Positions 15,120-29,300 of a DNA stretch of 64,000 nucleotides are shown here, one piece after another (the first letter of the stretch is position 1; each line of letters opens with the position of its first letter). The notes under the pieces were generated by a model. The model searched no databases. It saw nothing but the letters and a program-made list of their open reading frames with translations, and was not told the origin of the DNA. The translations under genes and the position numbers were made by a program. Origin of the DNA: Trichoplax sp. H2 (Eukaryota); the NCBI GenBank assembly GCA_003344405.1, contig NOWV01000030.1, forward strand, positions 1 to 64,000. The letters run 5' to 3'.

Positions 15120-18100
15120 AATGATAGCTATAATAAGTTATGGTGTGTGTATGTCCAAATACTGTCCTGAGTGACTGCAGTTTTCATGATTGATATAAAT
15201 TCGTGACGATTAAAGTCAATTCCCGATGGCGCACAATGTAGTGGTAGATATAATAGCTCTCTGGTACTGTAACTACTCGAAAAATGGCGCTTTTAATATA
15301 ATTCCTATCTTCTAATTCGATTCAATATTCTAAATAGATTCACCGCCTAACTGCGATAGTCTATCTATAGAATTATTTACAATTGAAAAATGATAACGAT
15401 TCGCTATAACCTAAACTATTAAGTATATTAGCTCATCCAATATGATCCTCAAACTACTTATAATAAGTTGATTGAAATTTATGTCAGTAATAATAGAATT
15501 TTTGAAGCTTGTTTCTTCTAATATCATCGAGAACTTTCATGCTGGGCTGCTGATTTAAAAAAAAAAAAATTTACATCATATCCGCGTAGTTCTTTATTAA
15601 TAATCTTGTTATGTTATTGATGATGTAAAATATTTTTGCTCTGGATATTATATGATAGCGCGTATAAAGAAATCTTCGAAACGTATCTATCGATATTAAG
15701 AAACTATAAGAGCTTCCGTTTAAGCTAGCAATTCTTAATTTAGTTCAGAAGAATATCGCTCCTTTATAAATTCCGCATTAGATATATTGTAATAGAAGAC
15801 TAACCTAAGTTTGCTACCAATCATACAGTAGATGATAGCTTTTGTCTTAAAGTAGTTTAAATAATATAGCGTTGATTATTGTGCTCAAACATACCTATAA
15901 TATTCTACAATAATTACTTAAATATTTACGATTCAACTATCTTTGTCAATACAAAGACAATTTTTCACTCGATGTTGCCGTGAAATGTACAAGTTATGCA
16001 ACTTTGCTGCTTGACAGTCTATTTTACGTAATAATTAATTCTAAGTGAGCTTCTTTTCGCCCTTATCCCGTTTTATTATTAATGGTATGATAATAGTTAC
16101 TTTATGCCGTATCTGGCACTTTAATTAATATACAGTACATAACATCTACCCTATACCGTACTTCATAAGAATTATTTTTATTCTTTAGCAGACCTTTTAT
16201 TCATCTTAGCCAACTATACAAGTAAATTATAGAGGGAAATAAGTACTAGCAAAGCAGCTACTACTCGAAATTGTGTCATATAAGATTTTTGTTATCTTAT
16301 TGACATTCTATCATTAGCATAGTTATATTTATTCCTTTCAACTAAATACTGTCAATTGTAATCAACTTCTCTATCTTGCTAGGTGTAGTAAACTATGATA
16401 TATGAGTAGCTAATTTACAACTTGCTTCCGTTTAACGATCTTGTTGGTCGAATGACTATAATAGTCACATTCCGTATTCGATCCAATGTAACTGTATATT
16501 TCCTTCTTTGATATAAGAGGTTCTATAATTTGTTTGATTTACTTTGACAAGCTTTTAACTTTGATCGCTACCTTCATTTTAATTATTATATGCTAACGTT
16601 AATATTATGCAATAAATCCTTGACTTGACTAGAAATGATCTAAAAGTTTTAGGGAATCCTGAACATTAAATATTTTCCCTACTTCATTGGTCTTATTCCT
16701 TTGAACGATATCGCTGTACATATCTTGTATGCAGTAGTACGCTTTCCTTCGTCAATTGGTTATCCACTTTATCATGCATTACTGCACTAACTATAAAAAT
16801 ATAATAGTAAGCAGATATAATCTATGTGTATAGCAAATAACAATTTAGCAAATGAAGGTGTTAGTAAAGATATCATCGGCATAGTTATTGATGTAAATTT
16901 TTTCATCAGATTAAATTCTATACTTGCTTATTTGCATGCCTTATCTCATCTCAATAACATCAGAAGTGCTATTATGCGAATCAGCGAATTTGAAACACAT
17001 CTAATTTGAATAACCGAAAGACTGCTATTAACTAACAATCTGGCTCATGGTTTGCTGTTATTAAGGCTGTGAATTAGTTTTATCCTTTATAAAAACATAG
17101 CCTGAAGAGTATTCAGAATGCAGAAGTACTTTTAATTAAATATTGATAAATCTCCTTTTATAACATTAACTTTAATAGATATCGAAGTATTAATTTCCCT
17201 TCAAGATAATATTGATGACTATAATAATTAGAGTTTAAAGGTTAGAGCATGCATATGGAATGATTGATACTAAAACTGCAATTTGCATGGCTAAAGTTTT
17301 ATTTAATAATTGTTAATTACGAAATATTAATTGTTTCATAATGTGGATTCACTGGTACAGTATCGAGTACAAAGTATGTTTCTCGTCACAAGTTATTACT
17401 ATTGAATGCAATATCCAGTGTGCTATGGAGATATTCAATTAAGGAGAAATGTGGCTTGACTTGGACTGATTTCTTTTCTTTCCAATGTTACACCATGCTC
17501 GCCAAGAATAAATTAGAGGGATGGTCTCTCATCCAATGATGACATGATAAATTTATGATAGCTTTGCATAATATCAATAGCCCGCCTAGTTAAATAAGTA
17601 CTGCGTTATTCATAGAAGGAAGTCCATTTGTTAATCTATTCGTAATAATCAGTTCTGAGTTCTGTTTCTGGGAAAATAAGTAAATAATGAATCATGAATT
17701 TAAATTTTTGCATATTACGCTATGTATTAGTTAATTGTATAGGTTATTAATGAATTTTTTATTAATGCCCGTAAATCAAATGATCAGACACTAATTATAT
17801 GTTACTTTTATAAATTCTGTAACAGAGATAGCTTTATTTATTCGGTTACACAATGAATAGCTGGGACGTAGCTCACAATTTAGCAAAAGCAAGAGTGCTT
17901 TTGATAAGACAGGTACTAATATCATCGATTGAAAGCTATTATCTGCTTATGATTTTGTCTAGAATTAACTTGGTGCAACGCAACAGAGGTTAGAGATTAT
18001 ATGGATTAACGGAAAAGGATACTCGACGTAGTAAGAAATTCAAGAAATTTTACCGCTTATGCCATTTTAAAAATTTAATTATTCATGGGTTGAAATTTTA

Positions 18101-20816
18101 GGAAATTAATATCATAAATAATTAATTAATGAATAGCGATCAGTTGACAGGTTGAATAACACTTCGTTAGGCAAAATTGAATAAAATGCAATTTTTAGGA
18201 AATTTATTATAAATAATTAATGTTAGTGATAATTGGCACCCTGATTAGTGTTTCGTTAAGCCAAGTTCAAACATGGCACTCATACTGCCTCACAGGTCTC
18301 AGGAATTTAGTATGATTTTGCCCAATAATTATATATAATTGCATATGAGACATAAGATACAATTGATAGTGACCAAGACATTGTTAATTGTGTAGCAACT
18401 GATACATTTTATTCTACTAAGGTACAATAGCATATATTAAGGGAACGTTATGTATTTTTGAATGACGTTTTAGCTTTACAGATACACTTTGCCACACCAA
18501 TATTTGTTTTTATTTGCATACGCTAATGCAACTTTGCTATTATCAAAATGTTTATTAGCTTACCCCTGTACCTGACCTTGTTAGTTAAATAATACGATTT
18601 AATTTATTTATTAAAATCAATGATTCTATATAATTTAATTTCTACTGTGATCGCGTCCATGAATTTTACGATTACTATAGGACGTTTGGATCATCAGATC
18701 TATAATTCAAGTAATTACACTATAGTTATTACTTTCCATTACTTTAGAATTACCAACACTTAATATTAATTTTACGTTATCCATGGAAAATATTTAAATA
18801 AATTCTCCTTCTTTAATCTAATTTTCTTGACCTTTGAAGTTATCCTATTTGTATCAGTTAATGTTATGCTACTGTAAATTATAAATTGATTCATTACGAT
18901 AGATTCAACCAGTAAAATTTTTGAAGTAACTTCCAAAATGTGGCCATTGACATAGAAAGACTTTCATAAATCTTTTCTCGTATTGGTGTTGGCATCTATA
19001 ACACTTACCAAATCGTACTGATAGAATTAGAAACATGAGCTGATCACATTTGATCATAGTGTTTTCTCCACGTTTTATTTGTTCATGGAAGAATATTCTC
19101 ATGATTCAAAATAACGTCAAAATTTCTCGATTATTACGATATATTTTGTTTCGTATAAAAGAAACTACCATCAGTTGGGCCTGTAAAGATATCTATCACT
19201 TTAAGTAAGGTCTAGGTTGATGCTTAATTTATTTAAGGCGTATGAAGTTAATCGTTCCCATCTGTAGCACTCAAAGCAAGATAGAATAAACGGCACGAGG
19301 TTAAAAAATGCAAAGTGGAAATTTCAGATCCTTACTTTAATTAATTTTATCGATTCAGTGAACGCCATAATTTATTTTTCAATAGAAAGAATTGGGTAAA
19401 TTTGTATTCCGGTAAATCACTCGTTATAATTAGTTTTGTCATCATAACATGACTGTACTATTCTCTTCTAACGACGAATTCATTATCTCTAATGATGTTT
19501 TCCTAGATTCTGGACGCTGTGAAAATCAATAAGTCTTTCAGTAATTGGTACGGTATACATTCAATTCAATCTCTTTACTGCGGAATTTAACAATAACGCT
19601 AACAAACTAGCGTACATCTACCATGAACTAATCTCTGTTCTCTGATGAGATTCTTTCTGTCTGCTTATCTACATCAGTGACGAATAGCAAGATAATTAAT
19701 ACATTTCATCGATACTCTCTTCCATTAATTACCCTCGAAATAATGTTGACGCTAAAAGCAAATAGTATTTACTTTTTGCCTTTAATATTATTATTTTATA
19801 TTATCTACTTCTATGAATATTTATATTTTGTTATTGATATAATTTCTACCATAGAACTTCCTGAGGCTACTCACCACTACGCATCATCGACGGCAACTAC
19901 AATATATCTCTATGTCTAATTTCATCTTGATGACAGTGATTGCCTTCATCTACCCGAAATGATGAAAGCATACCGATACTATATCGAATAATACTATTTT
20001 TGTAAACCGACTGGATTAGATTAGGGTTATCCAAAGAGTTAGGTGGAATTAAGAATGTCCCAATAATAACGTATGCAAGAAAATAGAAATTTTTTCTGCA
20101 AGAATAACACTTTGAAAGGAATAAAAATAGCACGTTGATATTAACAATGATAATGCTGTATTATAAGGTTGAATAAGAATTGATCTGAACCCTTGATTTA
20201 TTTATGATATTAAAATTTATGATTACGGTAAAAATTAGCCTACTAATTGTTATTCTAACTTGCTATACATGTGATTTATTTACTTTTCTTCAATGTAGCA
20301 TATTTACTAAATACCACACGGTAACATGCTGCCGTTTAGCATCTAACGTTATTTAATATAAGTTTAATACAGTGACTTACAACGAAACAGCATCCTCTTA
20401 TAATAGCACCAATCTTTTTCCGTACATAGATCATTTCTTGCAGTACGATGTAGAATTATTTTCGCTTAACCATTTGACAAAAGAAAATTATTTTCTCCTT
20501 GGTTTAATCCATTTTTAGATTGTTAGTGAAATCTTGGCGAGATATTGATTAGCACCTGTTGTTACATCGCGAAACAACTTCAGAACTTTTGCATTAAAAC
20601 TACATTATTTGGCAAAGAAACACTTTCAATACTGATAATTCGAAAGCATTAATGAATATCCATTAAAACTAACTTATATCTTGAAAAGTTGTTGAAATCG
20701 ACTTTGGCTTTATCATAACTTATTTTTGGACGGAAAATAATATCTATCCAGGCTTTGATGATATCCATCTTATTAATTTATTAATTGTATCCAAAGGACT
20801 ATCGTGTGATTAAAAA

Positions 20817-23800
20817 ATGCCGTTAAGTGCGTGTGAAATTGACGCGATTGACAAGCACATAAATCATTTGACTATCAATTCATCATCACTCGATCTAGTA
20901 CCATTACTCGTCGATAATCAAATTTTGACGTTACAAGATGTTGAACAAATTCAAAAAGAAAAAGATGACAAGGCGAAGGTAACTGTTGTGTTTGATAAAC
21001 TAAAAGAAAAGGATGCAGAGAAATTTTATAAATTCTGTGACCTTCTGCAATCGTCAAATGATGAAACAGCTGCAAAATACGCTTCAATAATGTTACAAGA
21101 TGCTTTGAAAGCGAACACTATTAGAGCTAGGCGTTCAACTAAAAGAATTAGGAGTCGTGCCAAATCATCCAGTGGCGATGTGAAATCACTTTCTAGGTCT
21201 GTACACTTACTTTGTTCGATTCTTGTTTCATAACTATCCAATTAAAATAATCCACTACCACTATTTTAAAATGCTCTAAAATATCATAAACTCTTCTACT
21301 GAGACTAGAACTTATGCTAAGATATGCAAAAGCCAGGACTGTAGCGTCTTTGCATGGGGAAATAATCAATCCTATCAACTAGGATCATGCCAATTTGAAA
21401 AATTGCGTGTTCCAGCAATCAATAAAATATTATCGGATTATAAGCCGATATCCATAGCTGGAGGAACGAGTAACTCCTACTTTGTTAGCTCATCTGGAAA
21501 AGTAAATCTTGTATTGGTTTAATGTGATCATTGGTTGATTGATGATAAAAATATTCTCTATTTTAAACACAAGTATGTGAGATTCAACATCAGAAACTAG
21601 AAATTAATTCCAATGTTCTTGTTCAATTTTATGGGTCGAGTAGCTTTATGAATTGGGCAAATCGATGATAACAAAGCCAGTCTTGAATGACGATTATAGT
21701 CATCATCAAAAAATATTAACAACACCACAACCAGTCTTTGGATTTTCCAATGTATTTGTTACTCAAGTTATGGTCCATCATGATGGTGAATACGCCATGG
21801 CAATTACTTCCAATGGTCAGCTTTACACTTGGGGCTGTGGTCCATTAGGCAATAATACGTACGTACAACAGTATGTAAATGAATGTTTAAAATTGGCGTT
21901 CTATCGAGGATGATTGATTGCTATTGTCAGAATGGATCGATAGTTATTACTTTATTTCGTTAGCAATCCTTCATAGTCTACAGATAGGAGATATTTGAGT
22001 CTAAAGAATCACTTTGATTTTTTTATTAACTGTAATTGGGATTGAATTACTATCGATCTATACACATCCAATAAATAGACGCGTAGTACTGGAAATAGTA
22101 GAATTGAGCAATAAAGGAAGGCAGTGCCAATCATAATGAAATATATTAATCGATCAAGCTATATTTTCGTTCGTGGATGATTGAATGCTACATTTGGGTT
22201 TGAGACATTGATTATTTTATTCCATTATCAGGACATGTTCAACAGCTCATCCAGTAAAAGCTTTATTAGGTAAAGAAATTATCCAAGCAAGCTGTAGTGT
22301 AACGCATTGTGCGGCAGTAACTTCTAAGGGTAAATTGTATACATGGGGAGAAGGCAAATATGGAGGACTTGGTCATCCTGACTGCAAATGCCATATCAAG
22401 CCGAAAAAGGTGAAAGCTTTCAAGGACAAAAAAGTGAAGATGGTAGCCTGTGGTGGCACTAATAACTACAATTTTGTAAGTCATTTTACTGTAACAACTT
22501 GCTTTTAAACTTTAGAATCCATGCAACAATCTCCTTCATGTCAACGTTACTTATAAAGTTGTCATCAACTCATTCGTCTAAAATATTCCCGAAATAGATA
22601 CGTTAGCTGCAATATTCCTTGTAAAAGGTGGTTATACCTCCTTCCAGTATTGTATTTTAGCATCCTTTTAGAAATAGTATTCACTATTTCTAATTTTTAT
22701 CCATGTAGTAGCATTACTTTTGAGTTTTCGATACCAAGAGAAACTTCTTTATAGCATGCTACGAGGTATCACTTGATTTCCTATTATTGAGAATATCATT
22801 GATTGTTATTATCGTCGTTATCACCGTTCTGATCAGACGTTGTCGGAAATATTCACCACTAAGATGGCACATGGACTGTTCGATGTACCGTTATATCTAG
22901 TAGTTTGATGGATGGCAGTTCAGCTATGGTTGTTATACAGTGGAACAGTTCTTCCTATAAGGCGCCACTTGATTCAATCGTCAACGTTATAGTTATTAAA
23001 TCGTATCATCACACATTATCAACAACATTCACCTCTAAGATTGATATCCAATGATACAAGGTATCGCTTGATTTCCCCTTGTTGAAGTTATCATCGATTG
23101 CTGTTATCATGGCTATCAGGAACATTTACTTCAGAGATTGTTCTTGAACATGGTTCAATTAGAGTTGTTATATAATTAATTAATACTTGAAAAGCTCCTT
23201 CTACGATAAATCACTTAGGCAATATCCTACTAATAATACATTAATGGCTAAAAAATCCAATTAGAATATTAAAGACAGTATCATATAGTTACGGTCTGTC
23301 AAAAGTTAAAGCAGTTCTAGTTTGTTATATTAATGAAAAATAACAATAAGGCAGAATATCACTCTACAGAAAATTTTCTGAAAATACGTCGTTTCTTGAT
23401 TAAGATTAGGCACTTGCAATTTCCATATTTATGACTGTAGTGATTGATAGCGGATACAAATATTTCCAATATCGATGGCTTTTCGGCATATTTCCATTGA
23501 AAGACTGACGTGTAAAGCAACAATTTGTAAAAGAAATTTTATAAGGAGATGCTTTACCTTCTAGACTGAAAAGTGTATATTTTCTACTTTAACTTCGCGA
23601 TTATTGTGCTGGCGTAATTGATCAAATGCTTCCTTTATTGACAATTTCTGAGAATGTATTCAACTTTAAGGATTTCTAAGTATCTTATTTTGATTTAGCA
23701 ATTTCTGATACTAAATATATTCGGCCGACGATCTTTTATTTTTTGTAATAGACGGTAGCAATTACTACAGATGGCCAAGTCTGGACTTGGGGAGACTGTA

Positions 23801-24532
23801 AATGTGGTAAACTGGGTCGCGATAATGGTCAGTCGACCCATCTTCCAGCCGCCCTCGATTCATTGAACGATAAAAATATCGTTAAAGTTTCATGTAGCTG
23901 TGAATGTACCCTTGCATTGAGCAACGATGGAGAATTATTTGCCTGGTAAATCGATATGCTTACTATATTCAAGTTAAAATACAGTAATAGCATGTAGTTA
24001 TTTTTTTCGTAATATGTCCATCATTATTTTGTAATGATACAGTGTATGTAGCTTTTGATGCTATCGATATTTATCTTCATCATCATGACCAAAGATATCG
24101 CCGTCTAAACATAATATATAGTAACATTCTCGTGCATTAATTAATATTAATTATTATATGTACAGAACTCGTCTGGTCTGTAGTTTACCATTTTAATATT
24201 CGTCGTATTTATTGCCATTTGATATTAGGGGCTACGGTGATTTCCTTCATCCAGGCTTCTTTAGAGACGATATCATTCCTTTCCCATATAAAGTGGAAAT
24301 GTTTAATGATATTAAAGTAGCAGATTTCGCAGTTGGCAGTAGCAACGGCATCATTTGCACAAAGGATGGTAAAGTTTATACTTGGGGTTACAACGATTAT
24401 GGACAATTAGGTAATGGATTTCGGCAAGATTCTTTATCTCAGTTATGTCCTGTTACCGCTTTGCAGTATTTTAAACTCGATCGTGTGGCATGTGGCTTTT
24501 CTCATGTATTTGCTTGGCAACTAAAAGCATAA
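20817..24532 (+). CDS. CARD-like death-fold domain + RCC1-like (HERC2-type RLD) beta-propeller protein, paralogue A
   Basis: Exons 20817-21196, 21309-21501, 21644-21870, 22232-22475, 23752-23945, 24229-24532 (GT-AG, phases compatible). Exon 1 has a CARD pattern (LVPLLVDNQILTLQDVEQI...KLKEKDAEKFYKFCDLL). The other exons give RCC1 blades: VFAWGNNQSYQLG, GQLYTWG, GKLYTWGEGKYGGLGH, GQVWTWGDCKCGKLGR, GKVYTWGYNDYGQLG, RVACGFSHVFAW. Confidence 0.88.
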
Positions 24533-26310
24533 ATGATGGGATCGCATTTAATAACTGTCATTACGTATTTTTAATTAAAAAACCAACGTCTAACAATAAA
24601 TTACTGATATTGAATAAAGCTGTACGAAGTCAATTTAAAACTTGGATTAATAATGAATATTATTTCTACCTTCTGAAAAATCAAGGCTTTATCTAATTTA
24701 AATCAGCTCGAATGTTATTGCATTTAATAAGGATAAATTGATAATTGCAATCAATAGCAGATACAAAACCAAGTCATTTGGGATCATGATAAGCAGCTGA
24801 ATTTTACCTACATAAGGAAATAATACATAACTCATCAATTTACCTTGAATATTTAACTTAACTGTACCTGCTATACCATCCTTGTAAATAGAGTATGATT
24901 ATGAATTACTTTTGCATGGCAGTTATAGACTCGTACACTCTATATAGTATGTTAAGCCATTGCTTAGTAAAATTAGTATTATTTCAGAATTTACTAATGC
25001 TCTAATGTATTATATTTGCTGATGGCAGTTAAACGATAATAAAGCGACTATTATAGATAATAAATGGAACTATCGTCGAATGTAAGATTTCCGATTTCAT
25101 TCATCAACTTCGGCTTGCAAGTATAACGAATATTGTGTTATAAGAAGATAGAATGGGAGCAAATATCGGTTAATCCTTAAGCATTAAAAAATGATTTTTA
25201 TCTATCGGATTGATAGAAACCGTTTTAACTAATTATAATTATATTTAACTTCTGGTGAAATGAAGGTATCAGCGGCATATTTACGTATACTGTTCAGTAT
25301 CTTACAGAAATGAGATATCTATCAATGAAATTCACGGTAACTTTTTGTATTTGTATGCAACAACGTACTATTATTTTACTGAAGATGTCATAGATCCCGA
25401 GGTAAATATTTATAAGCCTTTTAACAACTTCTAATAATATCAGTAAATCATAAACTAACAAGCTGTACGTAGAATCGAACATTCCTACAACAACTCGGCT
25501 TCCCTAATCAAAATGAGAATGAAGCCTACCATCGATACGCAATTAAATTAATATATATTTACTTAAATACATCTAGGGCCATTAAATACTATGAGATAGC
25601 TATGTGCTACTGTATAGAAATAATGTTTAACTACAGATAATACTCAATATTAGTAGCCCATGTGCATTTCAGTAACCAGAATGACATCACTAGTTTTATG
25701 TAATAGTTTAATACCTGTATTGTAATTAATTTCCTGACACTATCCGTATTTCTCTATATATAACGTATAAGTAATATCGACAAAACATCGATGTAAATGG
25801 AGGAAAACTCATTCGGTAATGAATCGATAGTCATCTAATATTTATCATAACAATTAACTACTTATACAACGATATGAGAGAATAATCATCGAAAAAGGTC
25901 TTATTACATCAAGCCAATTGTACTTCTATAGGATAAAAAATTAAATTAGCTCAAATATCATGATACTGTTAAATCCTCATCCTGTTGAAATGAATGGCGA
26001 GATTGTATCTCATATTAATATAGTATTTTATTTAAAAAATATATAAAACATAGCACCTAATTTTATTAGGAAGGATAAATAAGTCTTCACTAAGTTATAA
26101 TATTCAGACAGAACTGACATAATATTAACCATCGAAAATCTATAGCAAAGCAAGATTGACTCGAAAAACTATTAAGTACTCGTAGTCCAATGGAAATAAC
26201 GGAAATGTTGACGATATTAGCTTATCATTTCGATTTGAAGATTAAAAATTATTGGTGAAAGAAGGAACAACAATTGGGATAGTGATTTGTAGCTTCTATT
26301 AATTGATCTT

Positions 26311-29300
26311 TCATTCTTTAATTTGCAATAGTGATGATTTCCAAGCAAAACAGTGACTGAAGCCACAGGATACTTGATTAATATCCTCATCCATTAAAGT
26401 ATCGACTTGAATTACGTCTGTTGAAGACTTGAGGGTTTTAACTCCTAGTTGTCCGGCGTCATTATTTCCCCAGGCATAAATTTCACCATAAATAGTACAT
26501 GCTAACCAGTGTAAACTACCAGCTGCAATCGCAATTACTCTTTTATCTTTAAGTACATCCACTATTTTAGGTCTTTCAACAGAGCCTACGATGCCGTGTT
26601 GCGAGTGATAATGACTACCATGGCCCCTAATCGATAAATTATAATTATTCAATTTATACTCACAATATAAGTCTTAAGTTACTTTATTTGTAAGCCTACG
26701 GTATTCTATATAAAACTGAATATCGCACTTTATGTATATTTGATAATTAAAGTTTTACTCTTCGTAAATCATTAGTTATTTCTAATCATTTATCCAAAAT
26801 TGAGGGCAAATAAAATACAAAAAAGACGGTCACAATCATCAAGTATTGCATAAGTCCTTAGTAGATTATTCCACTTTCTCTAAATTACCATGAATACAAA
26901 GAACCACTCGTAGTCAAAGCCAATGTGAACGCACTACCGCAGATAACTCTATGGACACTTTTATTTAGCAGTCCATCTATGACCCCTGGCAACGTGCAAG
27001 GCTTGGTACTATTAATAATTCTCCCTAATTTACCACCAGCGGGATCACCCCATGACCAAACTTTATCATCACTTGTAACGGCAACAGTCTATAATATACG
27101 TAAATCAACGCAAATCTACAGTTACACATACGTATACATAAAAATAGCTTTTACTGCAGTACATTGCTAATTGTTGTGTTTACGGTATGTCTTTGATTTG
27201 TAATGTTTTCATTAGAGGTTTTAAAGTTTTTTTTAATTTTACTTACATCGATCAGAATATCTATCATCAAGTAAATTGTTTTGACTATTTTGATCGATCT
27301 TGAACAATAATATAAACAGTTTAACCGTGCTCTTATATTGCATCTTTATTATGCTAGAACTAGATTAGCTATTATATACTCTGACTTAAAATTGATTTAA
27401 AGTTACGACCCATTCCTGTAAGGTTCAACGGCAAAAATGTCACGCTATACATCAATTATAATTGTGTTATAATTTGGAGTAATGTAATTGTCTCAACTAC
27501 CATTCTGTAACAGAGCAATCATACAATTAAGTAAATTAATACGTATAAGCTTGTGTCACCGTAGTCCTTTTTAATATATAAGTTATTGTAAATTAATTAT
27601 GTTTGATCTTAAATAAGACAGAAAAATTGAAGGTAAAATTATAAAACTCACGTGATTTTGATTTGCAGAACCACAAGCGACGTCAATAACCACTTTATCC
27701 GCTAGTGCTTCAACTAAAGTTGGTTCCAAGCAAGTTTTACTATTACCATGACCTAAGCAACCCAATCCGCCATAACCCCATGTATACAATTTGCCCTGAT
27801 TGGTTATAGCTGCTCGATGATCTCTACCACAACTAATATTAGTAAAAATTGCGTCTTTTACTGATGTAATCTGCTGTGCCGGTGTTCTATACGTAGTAAA
27901 TTGTTTAAAAATTCGCAGTTATGATGCATTTTTAAAAAACAATTCGATAGAATAATAACTAATTAATCTTAAGATCGATAAATTTATTTATTTTTTCATT
28001 TTTAACTTACTCTCCCCATGAGTATAACTCTCCTTTTATTGTGATTCCTAATGCAAAATGACCATCAGGGTGAATAGCAAGCTTAATTATTGTTAAATGT
28101 GATAACCCATTAATTAAGCGTGGCACGTGTAAGTTTTTACTATCATGTTCGTCTTCTTTAAGTTCCACTTGCCCAATTCCATAAACCTATAAATTAGTAG
28201 TTTATTATAAATAAATTTATAATGATGGGTAGTTGAAATAAGGTTAGGTTGATTTCAGTATAATGCGCTACCTTGCCTTCTTGTGATAAGATATAAGTCT
28301 TATCATGGCCACCTTTAATCATAATTGGCCTAAGCTTGCTGATAGCCTTGCAGCGAGCTGGAGCTGGATATTCTATATTCTTTGACAATGGTATACCTAA
28401 TTCTCCAGAATGATTGTTACCCCAAGCAAATACATCAACCATAACATGGGCAAAGTCTGATCTATATTTGTTCGGATATTATAACTAGTTATTGTAATTG
28501 TAATATTTAGACTATTTTACTTATCATATGAGTATATGCGAAGTATTAAGCGATAGCATCAATCGGGTTATTCTTTCATACATCAATACTAATTATCTCC
28601 TCCGTCGTGGTACGATTACTATATAATTAATATATTTAGGACTGATCTAACAGGCACATCTTTAATGGAGATAAATTGCATGATTGCGCGAGTAGCCATT
28701 TATTGTACTAATAAACATCTATGTTTATCAATAAAGTTGACCAATAAACCATTAGGAAACATTAAGAAGTGTGTAATCAGTTATAATTAGCGAAAGATTA
28801 AAGATAAAATTCTCGTTTATATTTCATTTCTGATGATGTATAAGGGTATAATATGAACAAATAAGTTAATAATTAAAGATTATCGTCAAAAGTGAGGATA
28901 AATTCTTATTATATGCCTTTTTACAGCGTGCAAAAGGTATATTTTAAAAGTAAAATCACTTATTTTATCATTACAGTATGCTGTTATCACTAGGAGATTA
29001 GACGAATTATTCTCATAGGTAAAGATAACGTGTCAATTATTGCGATGGAAAATGCTCATGATTATTCATCTTTTATAATTATAATTACTGCAATGTTGAA
29101 GAAGTGTTCTACATGGGTGAAAAATATTAGTGTTCGATATATATATTTAACAGTACAGTACCAGCTTGAATTGATAGTAAACAACTAGAAGATATCTGAT
29201 CAAATTTGATGACTCAAATTTATTGCCATTATTCATATACCGTACAGTACTCATGATGAAAGCTGCAGAAAGTTTCCTCTTTGGTGTAAAAGGTAAGGGT

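Noticed and set aside
16400..17560. Coding-looking minus-strand stretches, including P-loop-like 'ILGEHGV'
   Set aside because: Frequent stops, no complete GxxxxGK motif and no consistent exon chain.
18905..19102. Short minus-strand ORF with TPR-like 'FGKCYRCQHQYEK'
   Set aside because: Single weak motif with no supporting exons; at most a pseudogene fragment.
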